Assembly: GCF_006345805.1 (NCBI RefSeq)
Contig: NC_043004.1
Location: 6,882,001 to 6,946,000 of the forward strand
Direction of reading: 5' to 3'
Source of the DNA: Octopus sinensis
Lineage: Eukaryota
Length of the DNA: 64,000 nucleotides
Part shown: positions 29,218 to 42,036 of the stretch, in pieces
Layout of the letters: every line of letters begins with the position of its first letter
How positions within the stretch are numbered: position 1 is the first letter of the stretch
The notes under the pieces: model-generated
Told to the model about the DNA's origin: nothing
The model's database searches: none
What the model saw: the letters and a program-made list of their open reading frames with translations, nothing else
Position numbers and translations under genes: made by a program

Positions 29218-30499
29218 TAATATCTTCCTATGGCCAGACATGTTTTTCACAGAAGACTAGAAACAAACAACGCAGCTTGTATGGCAATGATGCTCATTCA
29301 AAACCACATACTGTCCAGAGAAGGGTGCACACAAACATACACACACATACATTGTATGTATATACATACATAGGATAGGGTTCTTTTAGTTTCTGTCAAC
29401 AAAATCTACACACAAGGTTTTGGGCGGTTCAGAGCCATCGTAGAAGACACTTGCCCAAGGTGTTACACAATAGGATTAAACATGAGATCATATGGTTAGG
29501 AAGCAAGCTTCTCAGTCACACAGTCACACCTGTGCCTACGCCCACATGGGGTAATATTGCACCTTTGTTTCCCCTGAACAAAATATCTATTTACTTCTAT
29601 CATCTTTTGTTTGAGTCATTGGACTGTGGCCATGCTGGGGCACCACCTCCAAGAACTTTTAGACAAATGAATTGACCCAAGTACTTTTTTTTTCTTTTAA
29701 ACCTGATAGTTATTCTATTAGTCTCTTTTGCTGAACCTCTAAGTTAGGGGGTATAAACACACCAACACCAGTTGTCAGATGGCAGTGGGGGACAAACACA
29801 GACAAAGACACACACACATATGACAGACTTCTTTCAGTTTCTGCCAACCAAATTCACTAACAAGGTTTTGATCAGCCCAAGGTGGAACACAATGGGACTG
29901 AACCTGAAACCATGTGGTTGGAAAGCAAACTTTTTACCACACAGTCACTTGCACTTGCTTGTTAAATATAATTCAAAAGCTAAGTAAGCTTTTCATATAC
30001 TTCACAAAAGCATTACTTAAGAGAAATGGGTGGAGGGAAGGGTTACTTAAATACACTGATGTCACAAATTAGTGGAAAATATTGATTTCTAACATGCACA
30101 CAATGCCACAAATTTTGGGAGAGAGATCAATTGATTTTGTTGATAACATGGAATGAGATGGTTGGGCACAGCTGTTTGGATGTTGGTGATTTGTCATGGC
30201 TGACTGGACATTGCACCTCTTTTGGCAACTGGTAGCAAATGCATGAACACACACACACACACATGCACACACACGTGTACATAGAGAGAGAAATATTGTA
30301 CTTTATTAATTGAACGCTTCATAAAGAGAAATATACTTATAAACATAAACCAAGAAAGACAGAAAAGAGAGAAGGAAAGAAACGAAAAAAAGTTAAAATG
30401 GCAGATGTCAAATAAGTCAGCATTGAATCAGTGACATCAAATATGTGGTGCTAAGGGGTCTATTTTTTTAAAGGCTGCCTAATTGGAAAACTACTGATC

Positions 30500-30810
30500 C
30501 CCTTATTTTTACTGCATTTTAAACTAAATACATGGCATTGGCGACCAAATCGAAGCAATGACAATGAATTTCATAAATTGAACTCCCAGGGAGTATCGTA
30601 AGGCGGTTCAATTTCTGAAGGGCCGACTAAATAGGACCCCACTGACCTCCCTATTTTTACTGCATTTTAAACAAAATACATGGCACTGGCGACCAAATCG
30701 AAACAATGACAATGAACATCATACCATGAACTCCCATCGTAAGGAGATTCAATTTCTGAAGGGCCACTTAAACAGGGCCCCACCGACCCCACTATTTTTA
30801 CTGCATTTAC
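30500..30810. repeat. Diverged tandem duplication, ~141-148-bp unit, ~2.1 copies
   Basis: tatttttactgcattt recurs at ~30504, 30652 and 30793; ggcgaccaaatcgaa and ttcaatttctgaagggcc each occur twice. Confidence 0.8.
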
Positions 30811-31414
30811 CTCGTTCCTATGCTTATTGATTAAACTATGATCAGCATCAGTGCTTAGCACATTTGCAGAAATAAGTTTGGGCATTCTAAATACCTTCAA
30901 GTACATTCAAAGTGGATATTTATATTTTGTAGTTTATGAAACTTATGTCTAGAAGAGTATAAATCTAGTTACCACATTTATGTGCTCTCAAGATGCCCAA
31001 CCTGTTTTAAACATTTCATGTTTGAATTTAAGCCTCACATCCACCAAACAAATTTTTTATTGAATTATGTTTTGCACTAGTTTAAAAGTAGAAAAGTTAG
31101 CTGCTTTATTAAATCTGTCCAATCTTGTGATCATTTTAAAAATTAATTAAAAAATGTAGTTTGCTCTGGGAAGATGGTGAGCTGGAAGAATCATTACTGC
31201 AGCAGGCAAAATACATAGTAGCATTTTACCCTTCTTTACATTTTGAGCTCAAATTCCATCAAGGTCAGCTTTGCCTTTCATCCTTTTGGAGTCAATAAAA
31301 TAAGGACCAGTTGAGCACTGGGGTCAATCTAATCTTGAATTACATCCTTAAAATTGCTGGCCTTGTGCCAAAATTTGAAATCAATATAGTTTGCTCTAGG
31401 ATCTTTCTACTTTT

Positions 31415-32887
31415 TCCTCTTCCCAATTACTACTACTCATCCTTATAAATGTAGGGTAGACATGTTTTTCCTCTATGGCAAAACACCTATTTTTGTCCCA
31501 ATTACTACTACTCACCCTTAAAATGTAGGGTAAACATGTTTTACCTCTATGGCAAAACACCTGTTCTTGTCCCAATTACTACACCCTTATAATGTAGAGT
31601 AGACATTTATTTCCTCTATAGCAAAACACCTGTTCTTGTCCCAATTACTACCACTCACCCTTATAATGTAGGGTAGACATTTATTTCCTCTATGGCAAAA
31701 CACCTGTTCTTGTCCCAATTACTACCACTCACCCTTATAATGTAGGGTAGACATGTTTTCCTCTATGTCAAAACACCTGTTCTTGTCCCAATTACTACCA
31801 CTCACCCTTATAATGTAGGGTAGACATTTATTTCCTCTATGGCAAAACACCTGTTCTTGTCCCAATTACTACCACTCACCCTTATAATGTACGGTAGACA
31901 TGTTTTCCTCTATGGCAAAACACCTGTTCTTGTCCCAATTACTACTACTCACCCTTATAACGTAGGGTAGGCATGTTTTCCTCTATGGCAAAACACCTGT
32001 TCTTGTCCCAATTACTACCACTCACCCTTATAATGTAGGGTAGACATGTTTTCCTCTATAGCAAAACACATGTTCTTGTCCCAATCACTACCACTCACCC
32101 TTATAATGTAGGGTAGACATTTATTTCCTCCATGGCAAAACACCTGTTCTTGTCCCAATTACTACTTCTCACCCTTATAATGTAGGGTAGACATTTATTT
32201 CCTCTATAGCAAAACACCTGTTCTTGTCCCAATTAATACTACTCACCCTTATAATGTAGGGTAGACATGTTTTCCTCTATGGCAAAACACCTGTTCTTGT
32301 CCCAATTACTACTACTCACCCTTATAATGTAGGGTAGACATGTTTTCCTCTATGGCAAAACACCTGTTCTTGTCCCAATTAGTACCACTCACCCTTATAA
32401 TGTAGGGTAGACATGTTTTCCTCTATGGCAAAACACCTGTTCTTGTCCCAATTACTACCACTCACCCTTATAATGTAGGGTAGACATGTTTTCCTCTATG
32501 GCAAAACACCTGTTCTTGTCCCAATTACTACCACTCACCCTTATAATGTAGGGTAGACATGTTTTCCTCTATAGCAAAACACCTGTTCTTGTCCCAATTA
32601 CTACTACTCACCCTTATAAAGTAGGGTAGACATGTTTTCCTCTATGGCAAAACACCTGTTCTTGTCCCAATTACTACCACTCACCCTTATAATGTAGGGT
32701 AGACATGTTTTCCTTTATGGCAAAAACACCTGTTCTTGTCCCAATTACTACCACTCACCCTTATAATGTAGGGTAGACATTTATTTCCTCTATGGCAAAA
32801 CACCTGTTCTTGTCCCAATTACTACCACTCACCCTTATAATGCAGGGTAGACATGTATTTCCTCTATAGCAAGACACCTGTTCTTGA
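31415..32887. repeat. Minisatellite, ~20 copies of a 73-74-bp unit
   Basis: Unit ttcttgtcccaattactaccactcacccttataatgtagggtagacatgttttcctctatggcaaaacacctg repeated head to tail with few variants and no spacers. Confidence 0.95.
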
Positions 32888-34163
32888 CCCTCTATCATAC
32901 TTTAACCTCTCGATACCTGACAAAAAGCCACCTCCCCACTTCCTAACATCCCACCACCACTCCTATTTAGCCATGGGAACTTTTTCTTCTTTCCTTATCA
33001 TTTTTGAATTGCAACTTACTCATTGAACTTCACTTGCACTGGTGGCACAAAAAAGAGTACTTAGTTCACATTGTAAGGTGGTTGGCATTAGGAAGGGCAT
33101 CTGGGTACAGAAAACATGCCAAAGCTGACACTGGAGTTCAGCATAGACCAGTGGTTTGTCAGATCCTGTCAAACTGTCCAACCTATGGCAACAAGGAAAA
33201 TGAATGATGACAATGTTGCTGATGATGTATAATCATGCAAAGGTTGAATAATAATAAATTTTCTGCAATTATATCTGAATTTACAGAACTATGTCAACAA
33301 CAGTGGAATCTTTTATCTCTATCTTTTACTCATTTCAGAAATTGGACTGTGGCCATGCTAGGACACAGCCTTGAAAGATTTAGTCATAAAAATCAACCTC
33401 AGTACTTATTTATGTCTGGTACTTACTGTATTCATCTTTTGCTGAACTGCTAAGCTACAGGGATGTAAACAAACAAACATCAATTATCAAGTGGTAGCAG
33501 GGGAAGAAACACAGTTACAAAGATGCACGCACGTGCATGCACACACACACACACACACACATATATACAACCAACTTCCACACAGTTTCTGTCTGTCAAA
33601 TTCACTCACACTTGCCCAAGGTGCTGCAGAGTGGGACTAAACATAAAAACCATATGGTCATAGACAAGCATTTTAACCACACAAAAACTACTACTTTCTA
33701 ATAAAGAGCTAAAACACAGTGAATTAACTCGGACTGTCATCAACAGGGAGCACTTTGCATCACATTATCCCTAACTTGTGAACATGCAAGAAATTCAGCT
33801 TATATTTTTTTCTCTGGCACATGGTGAACTAAAATTAACATTTTATGTACATCTTCAGTGTAGATGGTCATATCTTATTTCATCATCATATATCATTTAA
33901 CATGCGCTTTCCTATGCTTGCATGGGTTAGACAGAATTCGTTGAGGTAAATTTTCTATGGCTGGATTACCTTCCGGTTGCCAACCTTTACCTGCTTTCAG
34001 TCCAAGTAATATATTCCCATGGGATGACATATTTTTAGACAGAAGAATGGAAACAAACACCATTGCTTGTATTATTGTGATACTTGTTTTTACAACCATC
34101 ACATGATGTCAGGCAGGACAAGAGCGCATGTGCATGCACACACATAAGCATATACTTACATGT

Positions 34164-34204
<41 letters not shown>

Positions 34205-35350
34205 CACACATCATACATGCATACACACACACAAATGCCGGTGCTGCATTAACACACTCTTGTCGGTGCTACATAAACACACACATGAAAGTGACACGTA
34301 AAAGCACCCAGCACACTCTTAAGTGGTTGGTGCTAGGAAGGGTATCCAGCCATAGAAACCATGTCACAATAGACAGTTGGAGTCCAGACAGCTCCCTACT
34401 AGCCAGCTCCATGTTGAACCTTCTAACCCATGCAGGCATGGAAACAGATGTTAAATGATGAACAATGGTCACACACACATATGCATATTAGGTTTCTTTC
34501 AGTTTCCATCTACCAGATCCACTCACAAGACATTGGTTGATTCTGGGCAATAAATAGAAGACACTTGCCCAAGCTGTTGCACAGTGGGACTGAACCCAAG
34601 ACTACATGGCCAAGGAGAAAGTTTCTTAACCACACAGCCACAGCTGTGTCTCATTCTATTTTGGAAATAGTCAATTCTCATGTAATGCTACTACTCCTGT
34701 AATACTAGAGTTAATCGATCAGAGAAAATATCAGGTATAAACACACAGCTTGCCAGCAGACTTTATTAGCTTATTTATAAATTACAGTTAGAACAAAACA
34801 AGCCTTTGGCTTCTAATTACTTGACTACTACTAAAGTACATACTCAGCTATGGGACTACCAATAATAAATATATAAACTTGTATGCTGACTAACTATGTG
34901 GTTAAGAAGCTGGTTTCCTAATCATGTGGTCATGGCTTCAATACATTGTGTGGCACTTTGGGCAAGTGTATTCTACTATAGCCTCAGGTCAATCAAAACC
35001 TTGTGTGTGGATTATGCAGATGGAAACAGAAAGAAGCCAACCCATGCTAGCATGGAAAACGGACGCTAAATGAATGATCTGTGTGTAGCCTTGTCTAGAC
35101 ATCACGTGATGGCTGTTAAAGAGCATCACTGTCATAGAAGCAATGTTGTTTGTTTCCAGTCTTCTGTGAAAAACGTGTCTGGCCCATGGAGAAATGCTAC
35201 CTGGCTTGGAAGCAGGGGAGAATTGGTCACAAGAAGGGCATTCAACCATTGAAAATCCACCTCAACAAACTGTGTATGACCCCACACAAGCATGGAAAAG
35301 TGAACATTAAACGACAATGATGATGATGACAATACGTACAATCTGTTTAA

Positions 35351-35571
35351 CCCTTTTGATACCAACCCAGCTGAAACCACCTCTGGCTCTGTAGTACGAA
35401 TGTCTTCTTTTCATAAGTTTTGAATTAAAATCTTCCACTAAACCTAAGTCACCATTATGTTCCTAACACTATCTTAATGATAACTAAGTTATTTTACTAA
35501 CTCTTTTGTTATATTTAAGATTAATTGAAAGAAACACAGAGCATCTCAACAGAAATATGGTAACAGAAAGG
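35351..35571. mobile_element. piggyBac-type MITE
   Basis: TTAA on both sides. TIRs cccttttgatacc / ggtaacagaaagg. Confidence 0.75.
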
Positions 35572-36044
35572 TTAAAGTGTATTTGAAATGAAACATGTTC
35601 ATTGCATTGATTTGTCTTTTATCTTTTACTCGTTTCAGTCATTAGACTGCAGCCATAATGGGGCACGGCCTTCAAAAATTGTAGTCAAATGAATCGACCC
35701 CCAGGACTTACATTTTTTTAAACCTGACACTTATTTTATCAGTTTCTTTTGCTGAGCTACTTAGTTATGGGGATGTAAACATACAAACACCAGTTGTCAA
35801 GCAATGGTGGGGAATAAACACAGACACATATATACATATTTTATATACATGGCATCCATGCCTGTGGCATGTAAAAAGCACCCGCTACACTCTTGGAGTG
35901 GTTGGCATTAGGAAGGGCATCCAGCTGTAGAAACACTGCCAGATCAGACTGGGGCCTGGTGCAGCCTCCTGGCTTTCCAGACCCCGGTCAAACCGTCCAA
36001 CCCATGCTAGCATGGAAAGCGGACATTAAATGATGATGATGATG

Positions 36045-36077
<33 letters not shown>

Positions 36078-37239
36078 CGATGGGCATTTGTTTTCCTCCT
36101 TTTTATGGTTGATAACAAAGCACCAGTTCAGGATGATGTGATTGGCAGAATTGTTGAAGTACCAGATGGGTTGCCTCATGACGCCAGTTTGAAGTCTGCA
36201 CACTGAAAAAAGTCAATGGCTTTGGTCATCATCACCAACATCCTCTTTTAATGTCCATTTTCCATGCTGGCATGGGTTAGATGGTTTCACAGGAGCTAGA
36301 CAGTCAGAAGACCATGCCAAACTCTTCTGTCTGCTTTCGTAAGGTTTCAAATGTTCGATGCCCTTCTTAAACTGTACTGCTCCTAAAACAGTTACCTTTC
36401 TCTTGAACAGTATCAGTGGCATGGAGAGGAGAGATTTCCATTTAAGGGCAACTGTCAGACTTCCACAAAAAAGAAAATTAGAGGTAAAAAAAAAATTTGC
36501 CCAACCTGCATAAACATGAGATACTTGGACAACCATACCTGATAGAAGACCCAGAAAACCTAACTATTCCAATGTGAAGTTAGAATAGTACCTTTATCCT
36601 AAAGTAGGCAGAAGTATATATCATGCATCTTGCTTAGGAATACTGTAAAATAGTTCTAACTTAAATGTGAATTTATGTTCACTGGATCAATAATTTAACA
36701 ATTTAATGACTTAGCTACCACAGTTTTAAAATTAGGGCTGAAAATTACTAAAAGATCTGGTATTTATAAAATTACTAATAGATCTGGTATTTATGAGTCA
36801 TAATCACTAACAAATTAAATGTATTATTAAAACGGTGAGCTTAATTATTTTCAATGTTTTCAATATAAGAAATAATCAAATCCCATTAAGGTTAAATATG
36901 ATAATTAGGAAAAAGATATTAGGAAATAGTTAACATTATTCTCTGGTTAAACAAAAAGGCAGGCAATTTGTCATCATTAGTAGAAAGACAATTTTCACTA
37001 TTGCTTGTTAGTTTTGTAGCAACTAAGAGCAGGTAGGGTTTGGGGTTCAGTCCCACTATGTGGCACTTTGCTAAGTGTCATCTGCTATAGCCTCAGGCTT
37101 TGTGAGTGGATTTGGTAGACAGAAACTGAAAGGAACTAACTGTGTGCGAAAATATGGGAGTGTATGTGTGGGTGTACGTGTATTTCACTGTTTCACTAAG
37201 GTAAGATCAACAAAAAAGTAGTCCATCCGTTGTGAGAAA

Positions 37240-37478
37240 AAATATTTAATGTACACAATATAAAGATATGAGGCTACAAATAGTTTCTTGCATTGGAGAC
37301 ATGAGTCCAGGTAAGTTTTTATAACATGCCTTGTGTCTGCAAGCAATCTTTGAGCTTGGAGATATAAGGCACTTTATAAAAACTTGTCTGGACCACTGTC
37401 TCCTAGCAAGAAACTTTTAATAGCTTGTATCTTTACAATGTGTACAGTAAATGATATACATCATCATCGTTGTTTAAT

Positions 37479-37516
<38 letters not shown>

Positions 37517-38302
37517 AAGTGAGATAGGGGTTATGAGTGTAACCCACTATGGAATATCCGTTATCCAATATACTGCCAGTGAAGTACCCAAAAGGCTAAT
37601 ACATAAATGCTTACAATTGTAATGCAATTAGTTCATTTATTGTATTAGATGGGCGAAGGTAAAATGTTTTACCTCAAATCATAATACAAACAAGAAAATG
37701 GAGGAACAGATTCTTTTCAATCATCAACTTACAGATAATACCAATTCATATAATTTATTCTCAATACATTTGACTAATATTAGGCACAATGAGATACCTT
37801 TATCTACAGGCTGAAACAGCTGTAAGATCCATTTTATATGTAATATTTTTATGGTATTATCTTACTTATTGATGTATATTGTTTTATTCTGTTGGATTTG
37901 GATGTTCCTATTTAATTAGTTAATAAATTATATGAACTGGTATTATCTGTAAGTTGATGATTGAAAGGAATCTGTTCCTCCATTTTCTTATTTGTATTAT
38001 ATATATATATAGATATAGATATAGATGCTAATATCAAACAGTGAGAATGAGTGCTCAACATCACATTGGTGGATAAATATTCTTTATTCGTGGAGTAAGT
38101 AGACTACCATTGGTTTCATGCAGGGAGGGATATCTACTAAAAATTATTTAAGTTTGTACTTTGGGACATTAGTGTTCGTCTCCTGTTTTTATCCAAGATA
38201 GAGCCAAACACCAATGTCCCAAGGTACAGACATGAATAATTGCTAGGAAATATCTCTCCCAACATGAAACTAATGGTAGTCTGGTTACCCAATGAATAAA
38301 AA
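37240..38302. repeat. Three adjacent long inverted repeats (~37244-37454, 37681-38000, 38083-38302)
   Basis: Arms of ~100, ~79 and ~100 bp verified by reverse-complement reading, e.g. agactaccattggtttcatg / catgaaactaatggtagtct. Confidence 0.85.
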
Positions 38303-39874
38303 GTGTGTGTGTGTGTGTGTCTGCACGCGTGCGTGCATGTCTTCTTGTTTTGACTTCACACCATATTTATAAAATAAGTGCCGTCATCAAGCAAGCAGTG
38401 TCTTGTTTCCATGGAAACATGTCTGGTCTTTGAGAAATATTACCTTACTTGGAAACAAGTGAGTGTTGGCAATGGGAAAAGCATCCAGCCAAAGAAAATC
38501 AACTTCAACAAATTCTGTGTTACCCATTCAAGCATGGAAAAGTGGATGTAAAAAGGGTGATGATGGCTAATTATAATACTGGCATGCTTGTAATAATTAG
38601 TGGTGCTAAGAAATGATACTGCTGATAATTAATTACTCTGTCTATGCACAGTAATTCATTTGGCAATAAACAATATCTTTTACCTTTTACTTGTTTCAGT
38701 CATTAGACTGTGGCCATGCTGGGGCACCACTTTGAAGAACCTTTAGTCAAATGAATTGACCCCAGTATTTTTTTTTGTTTATTCTATCGATCTCTTTTGC
38801 TGAACCTCTAAGTTACAGGGACATAAAACACACCAGCACCAGTTGTCAAGTGGTGGTGGGGAACAAACACACACACACACACACACATATATGATGGGCT
38901 TCTTTCAGTTTCCGTCTACCAAATCCACTCACAAGGATTTGGTCAGCCGAAGGCTATAGCAGAAGACATTTGCCCAAGGTGCCATGTAGTGGGACTGAAC
39001 CCGGAACCATGTGGTTGGGAAGCAAGCTTTCAGTCATATTTCTTATATCAAATGTAGAAGAAGTAACTATAGTTAGTAATATAGATTCAATGATAAGGAG
39101 ACTGCAAAAAAAAATGTTATACTACTGCTCCAACTCATTTCTAGTTATTTCCAAATTAGAGATGATTTAGAAGATTAAATTTAGCAAATCAATTTTGTTT
39201 TCTTTCAACAAGAAATATTTTTCCTTTTGGCAAAAGGAAAATAACATCTTATGTTCTAACCTTGCGTAACATTTGTCTCTTTTAACCTACATTAATAGAT
39301 ATCTAAATATTGTAAACTATGGCTTTACTATTTTTTATTGTAAACTATGGCTTTACTATTTTTTTTTAATCTCTTCCAATCTAGACAAAATTATAAGAAA
39401 GTATTTGAAAATGGGCATAAGCATAGCTGTGTGGTTTATAGGATCGGACCCACTGTGGCAAGTGTCTTCTTCTATAGCCCTGGGCTAACCAAAGCCTTCA
39501 GAGTGGATTTGTTAGATAGAAACTGATAGAAGTCCCTCATACGTGTGTACGTGTATGTGTTTGTCAAACCTCTATCCCAACAGCTTGGCAACTGGTGTTG
39601 GTTTGTTTACATTCTTGTGACTTAGCAGTTCAGAAAAAGAGACAAGGCTTATAAAATAAGTACTGGGGTTAAATTGTTTGACTGAAAAACTTTCAAGGTG
39701 AAGCCCCAGCATGACCACAACCCAGTGACTGAAACCAGTAAAAGAAAACCCATATGGCTACTAAACTAGGATATTGCATCACTATAGATACTATTGTATG
39801 TTCTTAACGAGTTTGTTTCCATGGTAATTATTATTCTCAATACCTTGATTTCTACATGACTCATCATTTTTTAA

Positions 39875-40077
39875 CCCTTTAGCATTTAATACAGCCATAT
39901 CCAGCCCAAATATTCTGCCTGTTTTATGCTAGATCCAACCTCTCACACCAACCCTACAATGTCATTCTAAAAACAAACAACCGCATCATCGAAATCTCAA
40001 TGCTTTGAGATAATGCATAATAAATTCAAAACATTGTGAATAGGCAGAATGTTAGAGTGAATCAGAATGCTAAAGAG
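39875..40077. mobile_element. piggyBac-type MITE
   Basis: ttaa-ccctttagcatt ... aatgctaaagag-ctaa: TIRs plus a degenerate TTAA TSD. Confidence 0.7.
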
Positions 40078-41246
40078 CTAATGTCTACTATGGGTTAGAT
40101 TGAAAATGTTGAGATGGGTTTTATTTTCTATGGCCAGATGCCCTTCCTGTTACGAATCCTCACCTGCTTCCAAGTAAGGTAACACTTCCCTATGGCCAGA
40201 CATGTTTTTATGAAGGACTGGAAATGAAGGACACCACTTGTATGAAGGTGACATTCATTTACAATCATCATGTAATGTCAAGACACAGAGACAATAATAC
40301 ACACACACACACATTAACATAGAATGGGGTTCTTTCAGTTTCCATCTACCACATCCACTCACAAGGCTTTGGTCGGCTAGTAGCTATAATACAAGGCACT
40401 GCCAAATGTGCTACACAGTGGGACTAAACCTGAAGTTATGTAGCTGGAAAGCATGTTAAATTGAACTGCTGGAAATAGTAACCAAAACTCTCTTAATCAT
40501 CTTAAAATATAATAAAACACATTGAATAACAAATTCTCAGATATGGCTGTATGGATCAGAGTTCACTGCAAAACAGCCTGGTTTCATGTTCTGTCCTACT
40601 TCATGGCAATTTAGACAAATGTCTTATAGGCCAATCAATTCCTTGAGAGTAGAATTGATAGACAGAAACTATTGTGTGTGTTTGTGCTGACATCTACATG
40701 TTCACATGACAGCATCTAAACAAAATGGTAAATCTGTATCTGATGGCATAAAGGACAAACAGGTATATTAGACACACCCCAATTTCAGAAGCATATATTG
40801 AGGAAAACTGTTTTAAGGTAGTCAACCTAAAAGGAGGCCTAACTTTGCATATGGAACCTGGGGGTGATATTTTGAGATATTTTTTCATGTAAAAAGTGTA
40901 TTTTATATACTAATATAGTACTCTCAGCAAACAGTATATCCAGCTAGTGGAATAAAAAGAAATCCCTAATTTGAAAAACAGTTAAGGGCTGGCAACAAGA
41001 AGGGCATCAGGCTGTAAAATGCTACCTCAAATAAGTCTTTGTCCAACCCATACCAGCACGAAAAAACAGACATATAAGTGATTATAAAAATATAAGAGAT
41101 GGTCACAGCTTACAAGCTCAGTTGGGCCAACTTGGGGCTAAACAATAATTCTTATTCTGACTCACATTTAAAAAAATATTAGTTATGACTTTTAACGAAA
41201 AAGCAGTAGAGATGTCAGGTGCACATTGTTATGGAATCTTCTAGAT

Positions 41247-41509
41247 CAGCAGTTCCTAACAGAGGTGCATATGACCTGGGGGGGGGTATATTTAGGATTT
41301 TGCTGTTAAAATCTAATTGCAATAAATTGGTTTCACTTCGACAATAGACAAAATAATTTAACAATATTTTTATACAATTCCTAATAATGTTTAATTATAA
41401 AAATATAATGAGATTTTTTAAACATGGAGTGGTTATGAAGGTCCACCTGAGTAAAACAGGAATTAAATGGGTCCATGGGAACAAAAAAAAGATCGTTGAG
41501 AAACCACTG
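41247..41509. mobile_element. hAT-Charlie-type MITE (MER5-like ends)
   Basis: Ends cagcagttcctaac / gttgagaaaccactg. Degenerate 8-bp TSD ttctagat / ctctaaat. Confidence 0.7.
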
Positions 41510-41814
41510 CTCTAAATGGTAATTCAACTTGCTACATGTGGCTGCGATATTTAGCAGCTATGTTTCCCTCAAACCATGTGCTATTGACTTGAGAAAAGAA
41601 AGGACATGTTAGAATATGTAGAGTTAAATATACTACCAAAAAGGGATGGTCATGGCTGGAATGCCTTTGATCATAGGTCTGTCTGCTCAACAAGGATTGA
41701 CTTGGGACTAAACAAACAACTACTAACAAATAAGTTGTGATAATCAGGGAGCTTCTACATGGTTACTAAACCTGCAAAAATTATTAGCCAAATCCCTCCC
41801 AAAAAAGAACATAG

Positions 41815-42036
41815 GAATAATTCTTTCTATCATGGGCACAAGGCCTGAATTTTGGCAGGGAAGGGGCCAGTCGATTACACTGACCCCAGTACACAACTGG
41901 TACTTAATTTATCAACCTCGAGAGGATGAAAGGCAAAATCAACCTCTGCGGAATTTGAACTCAGAACATAGCGGCAGACAAAATAGCGCTAAGCATTTCA
42001 CCCGGTGTGCTAACGATTCTGCCAGCTCACTGCCTT
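41815..42036 (-). mobile_element. tRNA-derived SINE family B. Other copies: ~890-1105(-), 7570-7775(-), 7790-7955(-), 8943-9112(+), 31173-31385(+), 63315-63425(+)
   Basis: Head gagctggcagaatcgttagcac...gagttcaaattcc (A/B boxes), conserved centre ttgcctttcatcct...gataaattaagtaccag, tail caggccttgtgcc. Confidence 0.8.

Noticed and set aside
31415-32887. CRISPR-like array
   Set aside because: Units are contiguous with no unique spacers, there are no cas genes, and the context is eukaryotic.
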